DNA of 62,618 nucleotides, counting the filler, from Actinomycetota bacterium (GTDB lineage: Bacteria > Actinomycetota > Actinomycetes > JAKEEW01): the NCBI GenBank assembly GCA_046725875.1. It is 6 parts of 6 records of this genome, joined end to end, with 100 filler letters (N's around TTAATTAATTAA, not from the genome) between each part and the next. Parts side by side here need not be neighbours in the genome. Positions count along the whole stretch, not along the records: positions 5,883 to 13,784 come from JBKOZJ010000125.1; positions 13,885 to 23,808 come from JBKOZJ010000126.1; 4 more parts are not named here. One strand, 5' to 3'. The position numbers and the translations under genes are program-made. This document shows, one piece after another, positions 9,549 to 18,599 of this stretch. Position 1 is the first letter of the stretch; each line of letters begins with the position of its first letter. The notes beneath the pieces were generated by a model. That model worked only from the letters and a program-made list of their open reading frames with translations. It did not search any database and had not been told where the DNA came from.

Positions 9549-10238
9549 GTGACCCGGGCCGACCTGCAAAAGGAGCCGCACGAGGTGGCGGCGATGTTCG
9601 ACGGCGTGGCGCCGCGCTATGACCGGACCAACGACGTTCTTTCGTTCGGCCAGACGCGGCGGTGGCGCCGGTCCGTCGTGACGGCCAGCGGGGCCCGGCC
9701 GGGGGAGCGGGTGCTCGACCTGGCTGGAGGAACCGGCACGTCGGCCGAGCCGTTCCACCGGCTCGGCGCGATGGTGGTGCCGTGCGACTTCTCGCTCGGC
9801 ATGCTCAGCGTCGGGAAGCGGCGGCTGCCACACCTGGGCTTCACCGCTGGCGATGCGCTCCGACTGCCCTTCGCCGCCGGCTCGTTCGACACGGTGACGA
9901 TCTCCTTCGGCCTGCGTAATGTGCAGGACCCGGATGCGGCGCTCGTCGAGATGCTGCGGGTAACCAGACCCGCCGGCCGGCTCGTCGTGTGCGAGTTCAG
10001 CCACCCGACCTGGGTGCCGTTCCGCACGATCTACCTCGAGTACCTGATGCGGGCACTGCCGCCGATCGCCCGACGGGTGGCGAGCAATCCGGACGCGTAC
10101 GTCTACCTCGCCGAGTCGATCCGGGCCTGGCCGGACCAGGCAGGGCTGGCGGCCAGGATCGCCGCCGCCGGATGGACCAATGTCGCCTGGCAGAATCTCA
10201 GCGGCGGCATTGTCGCTCTCCACCGGGCCATCCGGTGA
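9549..10238 (+). CDS. menG: Demethylmenaquinone methyltransferase
   Basis: [50 protein letters not shown]. Confidence 0.95.
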   Translation: MTRADLQKEPHEVAAMFDGVAPRYDRTNDVLSFGQTRRWRRSVVTASGARPGERVLDLAGGTGTSAEPFHRLGAMVVPCDFSLGMLSVGKRRLPHLGFTAGDALRLPFAAGSFDTVTISFGLRNVQDPDAALVEMLRVTRPAGRLVVCEFSHPTWVPFRTIYLEYLMRALPPIARRVASNPDAYVYLAESIRAWPDQAGLAARIAAAGWTNVAWQNLSGGIVALHRAIR

Positions 10239-10312
10239 GGACCGGCTCTTAGGCGCGGGTTAACTCGCGATCGGTAGGGTTGATCGCATACGGCTACCGG
10301 GGAGACGTGCTG

Positions 10313-11251
10313 GTGGGTGACGTGTCTGGGCGGATCGAGATCTCCGGCTTGAGCAAGAGTTTTGGCGCGACCCGAGCCGTGGACGACCTCTCCTTCACCG
10401 TGGAGCCCGGGTCGGTGACCGGGTTCCTCGGGCCGAACGGCGCGGGCAAGACGACGACGCTGCGGATGCTGCTTGGGCTGGTGACCCCGAACGCAGGCAT
10501 CGCGACCATCGGCGGTCGGCGTTACGTCGAGCTGAGCCGGCCGAGTGACACGGTTGGCGCGGTACTCGAGTCGTCGAGCTTCCACCCTGGCCGCAGCGGT
10601 CGCAACCACCTACGGGTCTACTGCACCGTCAACGGTTACCCGGACCGCCGGGCCGACGAGGTACTCGATCTCGTCGGCCTGACCGGTGCGGCGGACCGGC
10701 CGGTGAAGGGCTACTCGCTCGGGATGAAGCAGCGGCTGGGACTTGCCGCCGCCCTCCTCGGGGACCCGTACGTCCTCATCCTCGACGAGCCGGCGAACGG
10801 GCTCGACCCGCCGGGCATTGCCTGGTTGCGAAGTTTCCTGCGGGCGATGGCCGACCAGGGCCGGACGATCCTCGTCTCGAGCCACGTCCTGTCCGAGGTG
10901 CAGCAGACCGCGAACCGGGTGGTCATCATCAACCAGGGCCGGCTGGTTCGTGCGGGGACGTTGGCGGACCTCGCGGCCGGCCACGGCCAGGCGGTGATCG
11001 TACGCAGCCCGGACGCGGAACGGTTCGCCGCGGTGCTGCGCGCCAAGTCGGCAGAGGTCCGGTCGGTGGATTCGTATGAGCTGCAGATCAACGGCCTCGT
11101 TGCGCGCGAGGTCGGCGAGCTGGCGTTCGCCGAGCGGGTTCGGCTGCACGCACTGGAGACCGAGGCCGGCGACCTCGAGCAGATCTTCTTCGCGCTGACC
11201 GGGACGGGCGCCGAACCGGACGTCGCGGCGACCGGGGGTGCAGCGAGGTGA
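10313..11251 (+). CDS. ABC exporter ATP-binding protein
   Basis: Walker A GPNGAGKT, YSLGMKQR, LILDEP, SSH. Confidence 0.95.
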   Translation: MGDVSGRIEISGLSKSFGATRAVDDLSFTVEPGSVTGFLGPNGAGKTTTLRMLLGLVTPNAGIATIGGRRYVELSRPSDTVGAVLESSSFHPGRSGRNHLRVYCTVNGYPDRRADEVLDLVGLTGAADRPVKGYSLGMKQRLGLAAALLGDPYVLILDEPANGLDPPGIAWLRSFLRAMADQGRTILVSSHVLSEVQQTANRVVIINQGRLVRAGTLADLAAGHGQAVIVRSPDAERFAAVLRAKSAEVRSVDSYELQINGLVAREVGELAFAERVRLHALETEAGDLEQIFFALTGTGAEPDVAATGGAAR

Positions 11252-12012
11252 ACAGGCTGACTCGGGCCGAGATCCGCAAGCTGTTCACGACCCGTCTTTG
11301 GCTGTGGATGCTGATCGCCACGGTGGGGCTGACCGCTTTGTTCGTGAGCCTCACGATCGCCTTCGATGGCCAGGAAGGCAACGAGTCCCCACGACTGGAC
11401 ACGGCGGCCGGGCAGCGCAACCTGTTCGCATCGCCAGGCAGCGCGGCGGTCATCGTCGCGATCCTTGGCATCATCGCGATGACGTCCGAGTTCCGCCACC
11501 AGACCGCGACACCGACCTTCCTCGCTACGCCGCGCCGAGGGCGCGTCGTGGCGGCCAAGATGTTCACCTATGTCGGCGTCGGGATCGCCTACGCCGCCGC
11601 GGCGGTCGCGGTGACGCTTGCCGTGGCGCTGCCGTGGCTCTCGGCGAAGGGAATCGACGTCTCGCTAGGCGCCAACCGCATCCCTCAGACGCTGTGGGGC
11701 GTAGGCGCCCAGGTCGCGATCTACGCCATCCTCGGCGTCGGTCTCGGCGCCCTGCTCAAGAATCAGATCGCCGCGGTGGTCGGTCTGCTCGTCTACCTGC
11801 TCGTTGTGGGGCCGATCCTGACCGCGATCACGAGCATCCGGGATGTGACGAAGTTCCTGCCAGACGCTGCCGCGTCCGCGCTGGTCCAGGTGGCGCCGAC
11901 GGCGGGGTCGGCGCTGCTCGAGCAATGGCAGGGTGGCCTGGTTCTGGTGGGGTGGGCGGTCCTCTTCGCGGTAGTCGGGTACGCCTTGACGGTCCGCCGG
12001 GACATCACCTGA
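11248..12012 (+). CDS. ABC-2 type permease
   Basis: RAEIRKLFTTR, SEFRHQT...TPRR, six TM segments, RRDIT end; GTGA overlap with the ATPase gene. Confidence 0.92.
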   Translation: MNRLTRAEIRKLFTTRLWLWMLIATVGLTALFVSLTIAFDGQEGNESPRLDTAAGQRNLFASPGSAAVIVAILGIIAMTSEFRHQTATPTFLATPRRGRVVAAKMFTYVGVGIAYAAAAVAVTLAVALPWLSAKGIDVSLGANRIPQTLWGVGAQVAIYAILGVGLGALLKNQIAAVVGLLVYLLVVGPILTAITSIRDVTKFLPDAAASALVQVAPTAGSALLEQWQGGLVLVGWAVLFAVVGYALTVRRDIT

Positions 12013-12454
12013 CCCGGTCTCGCCGGCCCGCCCGGCGGAGCCACAGCAGGCCGAGGATCGGGAGTACGAGAGGCACAAAGCCGTAACCGGAGCCATACCC
12101 GGACCAGACCGTCTCATCTGGGAAGAGGTCGCGGTCGAGCAGGCTGAGCGTGCCGACCACAAGTACCCCAACCAGCTCGACGGTGCAGGACACCACGGCC
12201 ACCCTTCTCGACGTAGGCGTGGACCGGCCGAGCGCGACGGTTGCAACGATGTAGATCAGGCCGGCGAGGGCGGACAGCGAATAGGCAAGCGGAGCCTCAT
12301 CGAATTTCGTGGCCAGCTGTACGGCCGCGCGCGAGGTCGCGGCCACCGCGAAGAGCCCGTACACACTCAACAGCAGCCGGCCCGGTCCGGTGTTGATCGG
12401 CCGCAGCTCGGCGGCGCTGGGTGGGTGGTTTGGCGGTGGTTGTTGCTCAGCCAT
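12005..12454 (-). CDS. Conserved actinobacterial integral membrane protein
   Basis: GRLLLSVYGLFAVAATSRA...DETVWSGYGSGYGFVPLVLP. Confidence 0.8.
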   Translation of the reverse strand: MAEQQPPPNHPPSAAELRPINTGPGRLLLSVYGLFAVAATSRAAVQLATKFDEAPLAYSLSALAGLIYIVATVALGRSTPTSRRVAVVSCTVELVGVLVVGTLSLLDRDLFPDETVWSGYGSGYGFVPLVLPILGLLWLRRAGRRDRVR

Positions 12455-12812
12455 CGACGGTGCTCCAGAGATCCTGGAGGCGCACGACCAGGATGGCGAG
12501 CGCGAGCGCGGCGACGCCGAAGATGACCGAGCCCCAACGAGTGCGCTCGATAAGCGACAGCAAGAACCCGATCGGCAGCACGAACGGAACCAGGATCAGA
12601 TAGGCGAGGAAGGTCGCGAACTCGTCCGGGCTGTCCCCCCTGGCCAGCTTCACCGCAGCTATCGCGACCTGAACCAGGAGAATGAGCTCGACGACGACGC
12701 TGGCGTAGAAGTGCGGGTCGTCGGTCGGCCGGTTCCTTGCCGCGCTGATTCCGCACAGGATCGCGAGGAGCAGCGCCCCCACGATGACCGCCACGGCCAA
12801 CCCGTCGATCAT
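12447..12812 (-). CDS. Four-TM membrane protein, coupled to the downstream gene
   Basis: Hydrophobic, ERTRWGS motif; -10 TAGGGT 6 nt before ATG. Confidence 0.8.
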   Translation of the reverse strand: MIDGLAVAVIVGALLLAILCGISAARNRPTDDPHFYASVVVELILLVQVAIAAVKLARGDSPDEFATFLAYLILVPFVLPIGFLLSLIERTRWGSVIFGVAALALAILVVRLQDLWSTVDG

Positions 12813-13152
12813 GTCGCGACCCTAGCGCCAAGCGCGCTCGGTACCGCGCGTGGGACTGGGTCAACCATCCACGGCCATAGGCCGCGCAGCCTGCTCTATC
12901 TGCTGCTGGAGCGCTCTGTCCTTCGCCATCGATAAACACTTCGCGGATGCGCGGTTGGAGGCATCCCAGCTAGCGGGACTCCCGGGATTCCAGCCAACGG
13001 AGGCGGTAACGGATGCCAGCCATCGCGACACGCGGCGGGCGTCCGGACAACTCTCGGGGTATGACGACCCTGCAAGCGATGACGCCGCTCACCGCCGGGG
13101 CCTGTGAGACCACTTGCTTACGGCGGGCATCGGCCCTCTCTGTGGCCCAGAA

Positions 13153-13308
13153 GATCAGGCGGTGTGCGAGGACCGCGAGTTTCCGAGGAATCGCGATCGG
13201 GCAATGTGCTGAGACCTTGACGAATCGGCCGTCATGGTCACGGTTTCGGCACATTGGTTGATCCCGGTCACTGCCCAGACTCTTGGTCTCGGCACACTGC
13301 CCGATCGC
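13153..13308. repeat. Four-copy inverted repeat cluster (REP/BIME-like)
   Basis: About 22-24-bp unit GATCGGGCARTGTGCYGAGACC at ~13153(+), ~13193(+), 13242(-), 13285(-). Confidence 0.7.
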
Positions 13309-13395
13309 TTGCCCGCGACCTGGCGGCATGATCGGCTGACTGTGTGGCCGCGGCCAGGAACCTGGGCCGGCGTAACATAATGTGACCACCCTTTC

Positions 13396-13566
13396 ATCGT
13401 GGGTGAAGGCCTGCCGGACAACAGCGAGATTGCCGCCCGGCTGCACCTGAGCGAGGCGACGGTACGCACCCATATTGGCGATCTGTTCGCCAAAGCCGGC
13501 CCACGCGACCGTGCCCAGGCCGTGGTGTTTGCCGGGCTCGTCCGAGCGGGGGATCTCACGCGCTGA
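13396..13566 (+). pseudogene. LuxR/NarL HTH fragment
   Basis: GEGLPDNSEIAARLHLSEATVRTHIGDLFAKAGPRDRAQAVVFA, without a receiver domain. Confidence 0.7.
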
Positions 13567-13784
13567 TCCCCACCACCGGCAGCTGTCACGTTGAAGCTCG
13601 AATCGAAGGTGATCACGGGCGGCAACGCCCACCCGGACGCTTGCGGGACATCACTGGGGGCTGTGCGGGCGATCTGTTCGGTAGTGCGTAAACTGACCGC
13701 TGGTGCGCTCGTGAAGGCTTTCACAAGCGCGCCTTCCTAAGAAACAGCGGCACCACCCTGCAGATGTTGGGATGCGACTGCGCG

Positions 13785-13884
13785 NNNNNNNNNNNNNNNN
13801 NNNNNNNNNNNNNNNNNNNNNNNNNNNNTTAATTAATTAANNNNNNNNNNNNNNNNNNNNNNNNNNNNNNNNNNNNNNNNNNNN
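13785..13884. other. Artificial contig spacer
   Basis: N/TTAATTAATTAA/N. Confidence 0.99.
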
Positions 13885-14406
13885 AAAGCCGGCGCCTACT
13901 GTCACGACCGCTACGACGAATACCGCACGCGACACTACCCCGAGCTCCCCGAGCAGCTGCCGATCGTCGTCGGCATCACGGCCTATGGAAGATGCCTCGG
14001 CTGGACCCGCGGCCACTGGGAACACGGTCCGCGGATCACCGTCGCCTCGCGCCTGTTTCGCTCGGTCGGCGTCCGCGCCGTCGATGACACCATGGTCCAC
14101 GAGATGCTGCACGCCTGGCTGTTCATCACCGGCCAGGACCCCAGCCACGACGGCGAGCCATGGTATGCAGCCGTGCGCCGGCTGTCCCCGGCCGTCCTCG
14201 GCCACGAACTGGAGGCGCGACGCGGCGCGCAACGCAAGTCTGTCCGCGTGCCCAATCCGGATTGGACGCCGGGCAGCGATCTCCCGAAGACCCTCGTCCG
14301 GAAGACCGCCAATCCCGGGCCGGTTAGTCACAACAGCGTTGCTCGGTGGCCGGACCGACCAGCGGGTTACGACTTCGGCGAGGTTATGCCGTGCCCGTCT
14401 TACTAG
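13885..14406 (+). CDS. SprT-like HExxH metalloprotein, 5'-truncated
   Basis: Frame open from the contig edge; DTMVHEMLHAW...SHDGEPW. Confidence 0.65.
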   Translation, partial: KAGAYCHDRYDEYRTRHYPELPEQLPIVVGITAYGRCLGWTRGHWEHGPRITVASRLFRSVGVRAVDDTMVHEMLHAWLFITGQDPSHDGEPWYAAVRRLSPAVLGHELEARRGAQRKSVRVPNPDWTPGSDLPKTLVRKTANPGPVSHNSVARWPDRPAGYDFGEVMPCPSY

Positions 14407-14641
14407 TAGCCAGTGCAGTTACGAAGACCGCGCAACCCGTCGCCGCGCAGGTCGACACACCGCGCCTCGCCGCCGCGCTCACCATCACCCTGCCCGGCTC
14501 CCAGACCTCCAGGATGACCCCGGGCCCATCAAGGCCTGACCATGGCCGGCAAGGGTCGGTTCGGGCGCTCCGGCACGCTGTGGAACGCGCCCTGCAAGAC
14601 CGCGCCCGCACCGCCGAGGCTGACCGGTTCCGCGCGGGATC

Positions 14642-14910
14642 GTGACATGTGCTTTCCCCCTGTTGGATGCAAACGCAGCAGCTGCCCCCTTCTTCATCAC
14701 CGTGACCCCTTCCACCGCGGGGACGCTCCAGCTCACCTTCACGATCACCGCGACCGAGCGGGATCCGGATCTGTCGAACAATTCCACGACTGTGACCACG
14801 GAGGTCATCGAGCCGACCGAGGCGGACGTGTCGATCAACCTGCATAGCTCAGTGGAGGGCTACGCCGGGCAGAACATCTGGCTGCCCGACATTGTGGTCA
14901 GGAATGCCGG
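14642..14910 (+). pseudogene. DUF11-type Ig-like repeat fragment
   Basis: TATERDPDLSNNSTTVTTEV...ADVSI...VRNAG, then an abrupt junction. Confidence 0.6.
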
Positions 14911-15039
14911 CCGCCCCGACCACAGATGCGACATCTTCCCGGCCGAGATCTCCAGGCCCGCGTCGGCCAGCGGCCGCCGCAGGTCGGAGGACCGCCAGAT
15001 GCCCCGCTGGGCGGCGGCCAGCCGCAGGTTCCATTGCAT
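14908..15039 (-). pseudogene. Truncated XRE/HTH regulator of an integrase-HTH module
   Basis: MQWNLRLAAAQRGIWRSSDLRR..LEISAGKMSHLWSGRP. Confidence 0.6.
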
Positions 15040-15041
15040 GC

Positions 15042-15305
15042 CTCTGCTCCTTGACCCGGGCGGCGGCCCGCTCGGCCGCCTGCTGGTAGGCGCTTTCGAT
15101 CGCCTCGTTGGCGACGTGGACATAGCGGACCGTGGTGGACAGCCACCGGTGCCCCAGCAGCTGCTGGATCGCGGTCGGGCCGATGCCCTCGCCACACAAC
15201 CGGGAGGCGCAGGCGTGCCGCAGCACGTGCGGGGTGAGCTTGGTCACCGGGCCGCGCAGGTGGGCGGCGGCGGCCTGGTTCAGCGCGGCGGCGAAGGTGT
15301 CGCCG
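15042..15305 (-). pseudogene. Tyrosine recombinase C-terminal fragment
   Basis: LTPHVLRHACAS...IQQLLGHRWLSTTVRYVH (HxLRH, LGH, catalytic Y); N-terminal part absent. Confidence 0.85.
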
Positions 15306-15598
15306 CACAGATGCAGCAGCCGGGACAGGTGCGCCAGGCTCAGATCGGCGTGCGGAACATCGGCGGTACCGGCGAGCACGTCGACGGCTGCCGCGATGGT
15401 GGCTGGGAGCTCGCGGGGGAGCGTCACCCGCGGCAGCCGCTCGGTGTATTGCTTGTAGAACCAGGGCAAGCGATCAAGGTCATTAGCGCGCAGGTTTTGG
15501 AGCACGCGGGGGTCGTCGACCGGCGGGTCCCACTCCCGGTCGGGGTCATATGGCTCGAGCGACGTGAGGCGATGCAACAGCTGCGTCGCCGTCACCAT
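15306..15598 (-). pseudogene. N-terminal fragment of a probable nitroreductase/SagB-like protein, fused in frame to the integrase fragment
   Basis: PWFYKQY..LPRVTLPRELP...DLSLAHLSRLLHL. Confidence 0.45.
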
Positions 15599-15680
15599 GC
15601 GGCGACTCTTTCACATCCCGCCGCGACCGGCAGCCGCCCGTCCAAGGTGCGACGGGTGTCCTTACCGAAGCAGCACGCCG

Positions 15681-16532
15681 TTAGGGAGTCACGGGCGGAT
15701 TGACGGGCCCGCCGATCACCTGTGTGGTGGTCTGGACGACGACCCGCCCGGCATTGACCTCTTGTTGGAGGAAGTCCAGGAGCGCGTCGAGCTTGGTCGG
15801 CGTGATGGCGTAGGCGCCGCAGCTTTCGCAGACCCGGTGGAAGACGAACTGCACCCACCTGTCTCCGTTGACTGCCGCGTCGGCCTGCGCATTGAGGACG
15901 TACTTCTCCATGGTGGAGAGCTTGGTCGACTTCTTGGGATTCGGTGGGGTACGGGTCGCGTAGGGGTCGAGCGGCGGGATCGTTTCGCCGTACGGCCCTT
16001 TCAGCGAGATGCCCGAGACGCCGCGGCCGCTGTTGTAGCCGCAGTCGCGAACGACGAGCTCGGTCCCGCTGTCGAACGTCCCGAATGGATAGGCGAACGA
16101 GGTCGCCGGGAATCCCTCGGCCAGCAGGTTGTTCCGATCCGTGCAAACCTCCTGGCGGGCTTCGGCCGGCGGCAGGGACTTCAGCCCGACGTGGTTCACG
16201 GTGTGTCCGGCGATCTCATTGCCCGCATTGAACAACGTATGCAGATCCGCCCATGACATATGGTCCGGGTCGGCGGCGATGATGGGCCCGGTGTTGACGA
16301 AGAAGGTCGCTGTCATCCCGTGCTCCTGGAGAATCGGGAGCGCGGCCAGCTGATCGATGGTCCCATCGTCGAACTGGATGGTGACCACCGTTCGCCCCGC
16401 TGCCGCGTCCGCGGGCGAGGCGCTGAGGGCCTGAGCGAATACCGACGCGGCAAGGGCGCCGATCGCCGCGATGGCCAGCGCGACTCTGTGATGAGGTCGG
16501 GGTCGTAGCTGCATCAGGGCGAGCCTCGCCAT
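15681..16532 (-). CDS. Secreted polysaccharide deacetylase (CE4/NodB-like)
   Basis: Signal peptide, TIQFDDG, ATFFV, EIAGHTVNH, FAYPFG, FVFH. Confidence 0.9.
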   Translation of the reverse strand: MARLALMQLRPRPHHRVALAIAAIGALAASVFAQALSASPADAAAGRTVVTIQFDDGTIDQLAALPILQEHGMTATFFVNTGPIIAADPDHMSWADLHTLFNAGNEIAGHTVNHVGLKSLPPAEARQEVCTDRNNLLAEGFPATSFAYPFGTFDSGTELVVRDCGYNSGRGVSGISLKGPYGETIPPLDPYATRTPPNPKKSTKLSTMEKYVLNAQADAAVNGDRWVQFVFHRVCESCGAYAITPTKLDALLDFLQQEVNAGRVVVQTTTQVIGGPVNPPVTP

Positions 16533-16561
16533 GGGGCCTCCTTCGGTTTGCACCCGGCTCT

Positions 16562-18511
16562 TCAGTACAGTCCGGCCGCCTGCCGAGCGAACGCCAACGG
16601 GCTCGTAGCCGTCAGGTCCACGGCAGGCTCGACCGTCGAGAACGATTCGATGTCGTCCTTGAACTCCGCGCTGGTGTTGAACTGTGCGAACGGATCGCTG
16701 TCATCTGGCGGGCAGTTCCGCATTCCGGTCTGGAATCCCCGGTATACGGTGCCGTTTGGCCCCTCGACCGCCGCGCCCTTCAGCACCGGCGGGCTGCCGT
16801 CCAGCGACCCGACTATGTTCGCCACCTGGTGGTGTGGACAGTGCGGGAATGTGCTGCCGTTCCCGATGATGAAAGACGAGCCCCAGGCATTTGCACCGAG
16901 GACGTTGTTCAGCCATCTCGTGCTGGAACCCGCATAGGTGTCGCTCCCGGTGAGCTCCTTGTATTCGCTGGCCATGACTGAAAGCCCCGTCCCATGCGAC
17001 GTCGTGTCCCAGGTAGCCCAGGGGAAGCCGAAGCCGAACGGATCGCTGGCTGCTTGCGCCAGCGCACCGTCGAGCGCCTTACGCATGTCGGCGAGCAATG
17101 CGTCCTGGGTAACCGCCAACCCGGGGGGGTTCCCGGCCTGGCCGATGGCCCGATGCAGCTCGTAGTGAGCGAGTCCACTCACGTCATAGAGGTTCAGAGT
17201 GTCTTCTCCGGCTTCCGCACTCGCGATGTATTCGCTCGCCCAGTGGGCCGCCTGCTGCAGGTAGAAGAGCGGATCGGCATGTGGCAGCCCGGGTGGCAGT
17301 CCACCGCCCGCGACGGCGTTGTAGAGTTCCACGGCGCCGAGCTCGAGGTCGCTCCGCCATTCCGTTTCCGGGTAGAAGCTGAACGGGATATAAGTGGTCA
17401 GGTTGCCGGATGGCGCGGTGTCGGCGAGATCAAAGATGTGTTGGCCGGCGAGCAAGCACCTGTTGGCGAAGGCCGGGTCGCTGGCCTTGAAGAGTTGGAA
17501 GCACAGGCCGAACACGGCAGCCGAGCGGCCCGCTAGGTTCGGACTGATCAAAGAGCCGGGCGGACCGGCCCGAAAGACCGGGCGGTTCCTGATGTAGCGG
17601 TAGCGGGCATCGGTGCCGCCGAAAGTGTCGTCCTCCTGGGGAAGCCGCCAGATGTCGTGGTCGCCCACCGTCTTGGCGTTCCCGGTTCCGATCCCCACCT
17701 GGTAGTAGAAGGTCTGCGCGGTGTCGTCCCACATCCGCAGCAGCCAGTCGGTTCCGAACTTCGCCTCCGCGGTGAAGTCGGATGTCGCCGATCCGGCTCC
17801 CATTTGAGCGGGGAAGTCACGAACCCCCGTAGCCAGCATCGCCGTGGTATAGCCGAGCGTTTGCGCACCTTTGATGTAGTCGCCTGCGTCCCACCAACCC
17901 CCAGAAGCATCGATGCGCGCCCCGAGCGGCGTCAGATCGCCCGAGAAGCGCCCACTGCTGTTCACGTGTGGCGTTTCGTACGTCATCGCGTTCTGGTCGT
18001 TGAGATGTGCCGGCGCGGTTCGCAGGGCGGACGGGAGGTAGTCCGGACCGTCTCGCTCGGTCTGGTAGAAGGACAGTGCATTGGCGAGCGCCTCGGAGTA
18101 GAGGCCGGCGCCGGTGTCGATCCGGAACGTCGGGGACGATGCCGGCACCGGCCCGGATACCGAGATCGTGTACGTACCGGCTGTGGTGAACGAGTCGAAG
18201 TCGAGCGCGTACACGTTCGGAAAGCTGTTGCTCCACTTGCCCAGATTCGCCCCGACCTGCCCCGAGAAGACGGTCGTTCCGGCCTGGTCCGTCACGGTGA
18301 ACGCTGCGCCGGTCTGGGGAACGCTCGACATCAGATAGGCGCGTTTGGAAGCAGCTGACGGGTACCCGACTTGGTTCACCCGGACAAACGCGCTGGCCGG
18401 GGCCGGTGCGCCGGCCGTGGGCTCTAATGAGATCAATGCTGAGCCGGCAAGCGCCAGGAGGGCGATCAACGCCATGCGCGAGGGGGCTCTGCGACGGACG
18501 AGAGGGGACAT
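16562..18511 (-). CDS. Secreted glycoside hydrolase family 9 with N-terminal Ig-like domain
   Basis: Signal peptide, VRVNQVGY, GGWWDAGDYIK, PHH, DDIESFSTVEPAVD. Confidence 0.9.
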   Translation of the reverse strand: MSPLVRRRAPSRMALIALLALAGSALISLEPTAGAPAPASAFVRVNQVGYPSAASKRAYLMSSVPQTGAAFTVTDQAGTTVFSGQVGANLGKWSNSFPNVYALDFDSFTTAGTYTISVSGPVPASSPTFRIDTGAGLYSEALANALSFYQTERDGPDYLPSALRTAPAHLNDQNAMTYETPHVNSSGRFSGDLTPLGARIDASGGWWDAGDYIKGAQTLGYTTAMLATGVRDFPAQMGAGSATSDFTAEAKFGTDWLLRMWDDTAQTFYYQVGIGTGNAKTVGDHDIWRLPQEDDTFGGTDARYRYIRNRPVFRAGPPGSLISPNLAGRSAAVFGLCFQLFKASDPAFANRCLLAGQHIFDLADTAPSGNLTTYIPFSFYPETEWRSDLELGAVELYNAVAGGGLPPGLPHADPLFYLQQAAHWASEYIASAEAGEDTLNLYDVSGLAHYELHRAIGQAGNPPGLAVTQDALLADMRKALDGALAQAASDPFGFGFPWATWDTTSHGTGLSVMASEYKELTGSDTYAGSSTRWLNNVLGANAWGSSFIIGNGSTFPHCPHHQVANIVGSLDGSPPVLKGAAVEGPNGTVYRGFQTGMRNCPPDDSDPFAQFNTSAEFKDDIESFSTVEPAVDLTATSPLAFARQAAGLY

Positions 18512-18599
18512 GGGCTCTCCCTGGTCGGTGGCCGGTCCAGTGAGCTTGAGTAAGTATTGTTTACTCCCCACACTTTCGGCGGTCAAGGGCCGCGGCGGG

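Noticed and set aside
14849..15598. Intact tyrosine integrase
   Set aside because: Only the C-terminal catalytic part is integrase-like; the rest comes from unrelated fragments.
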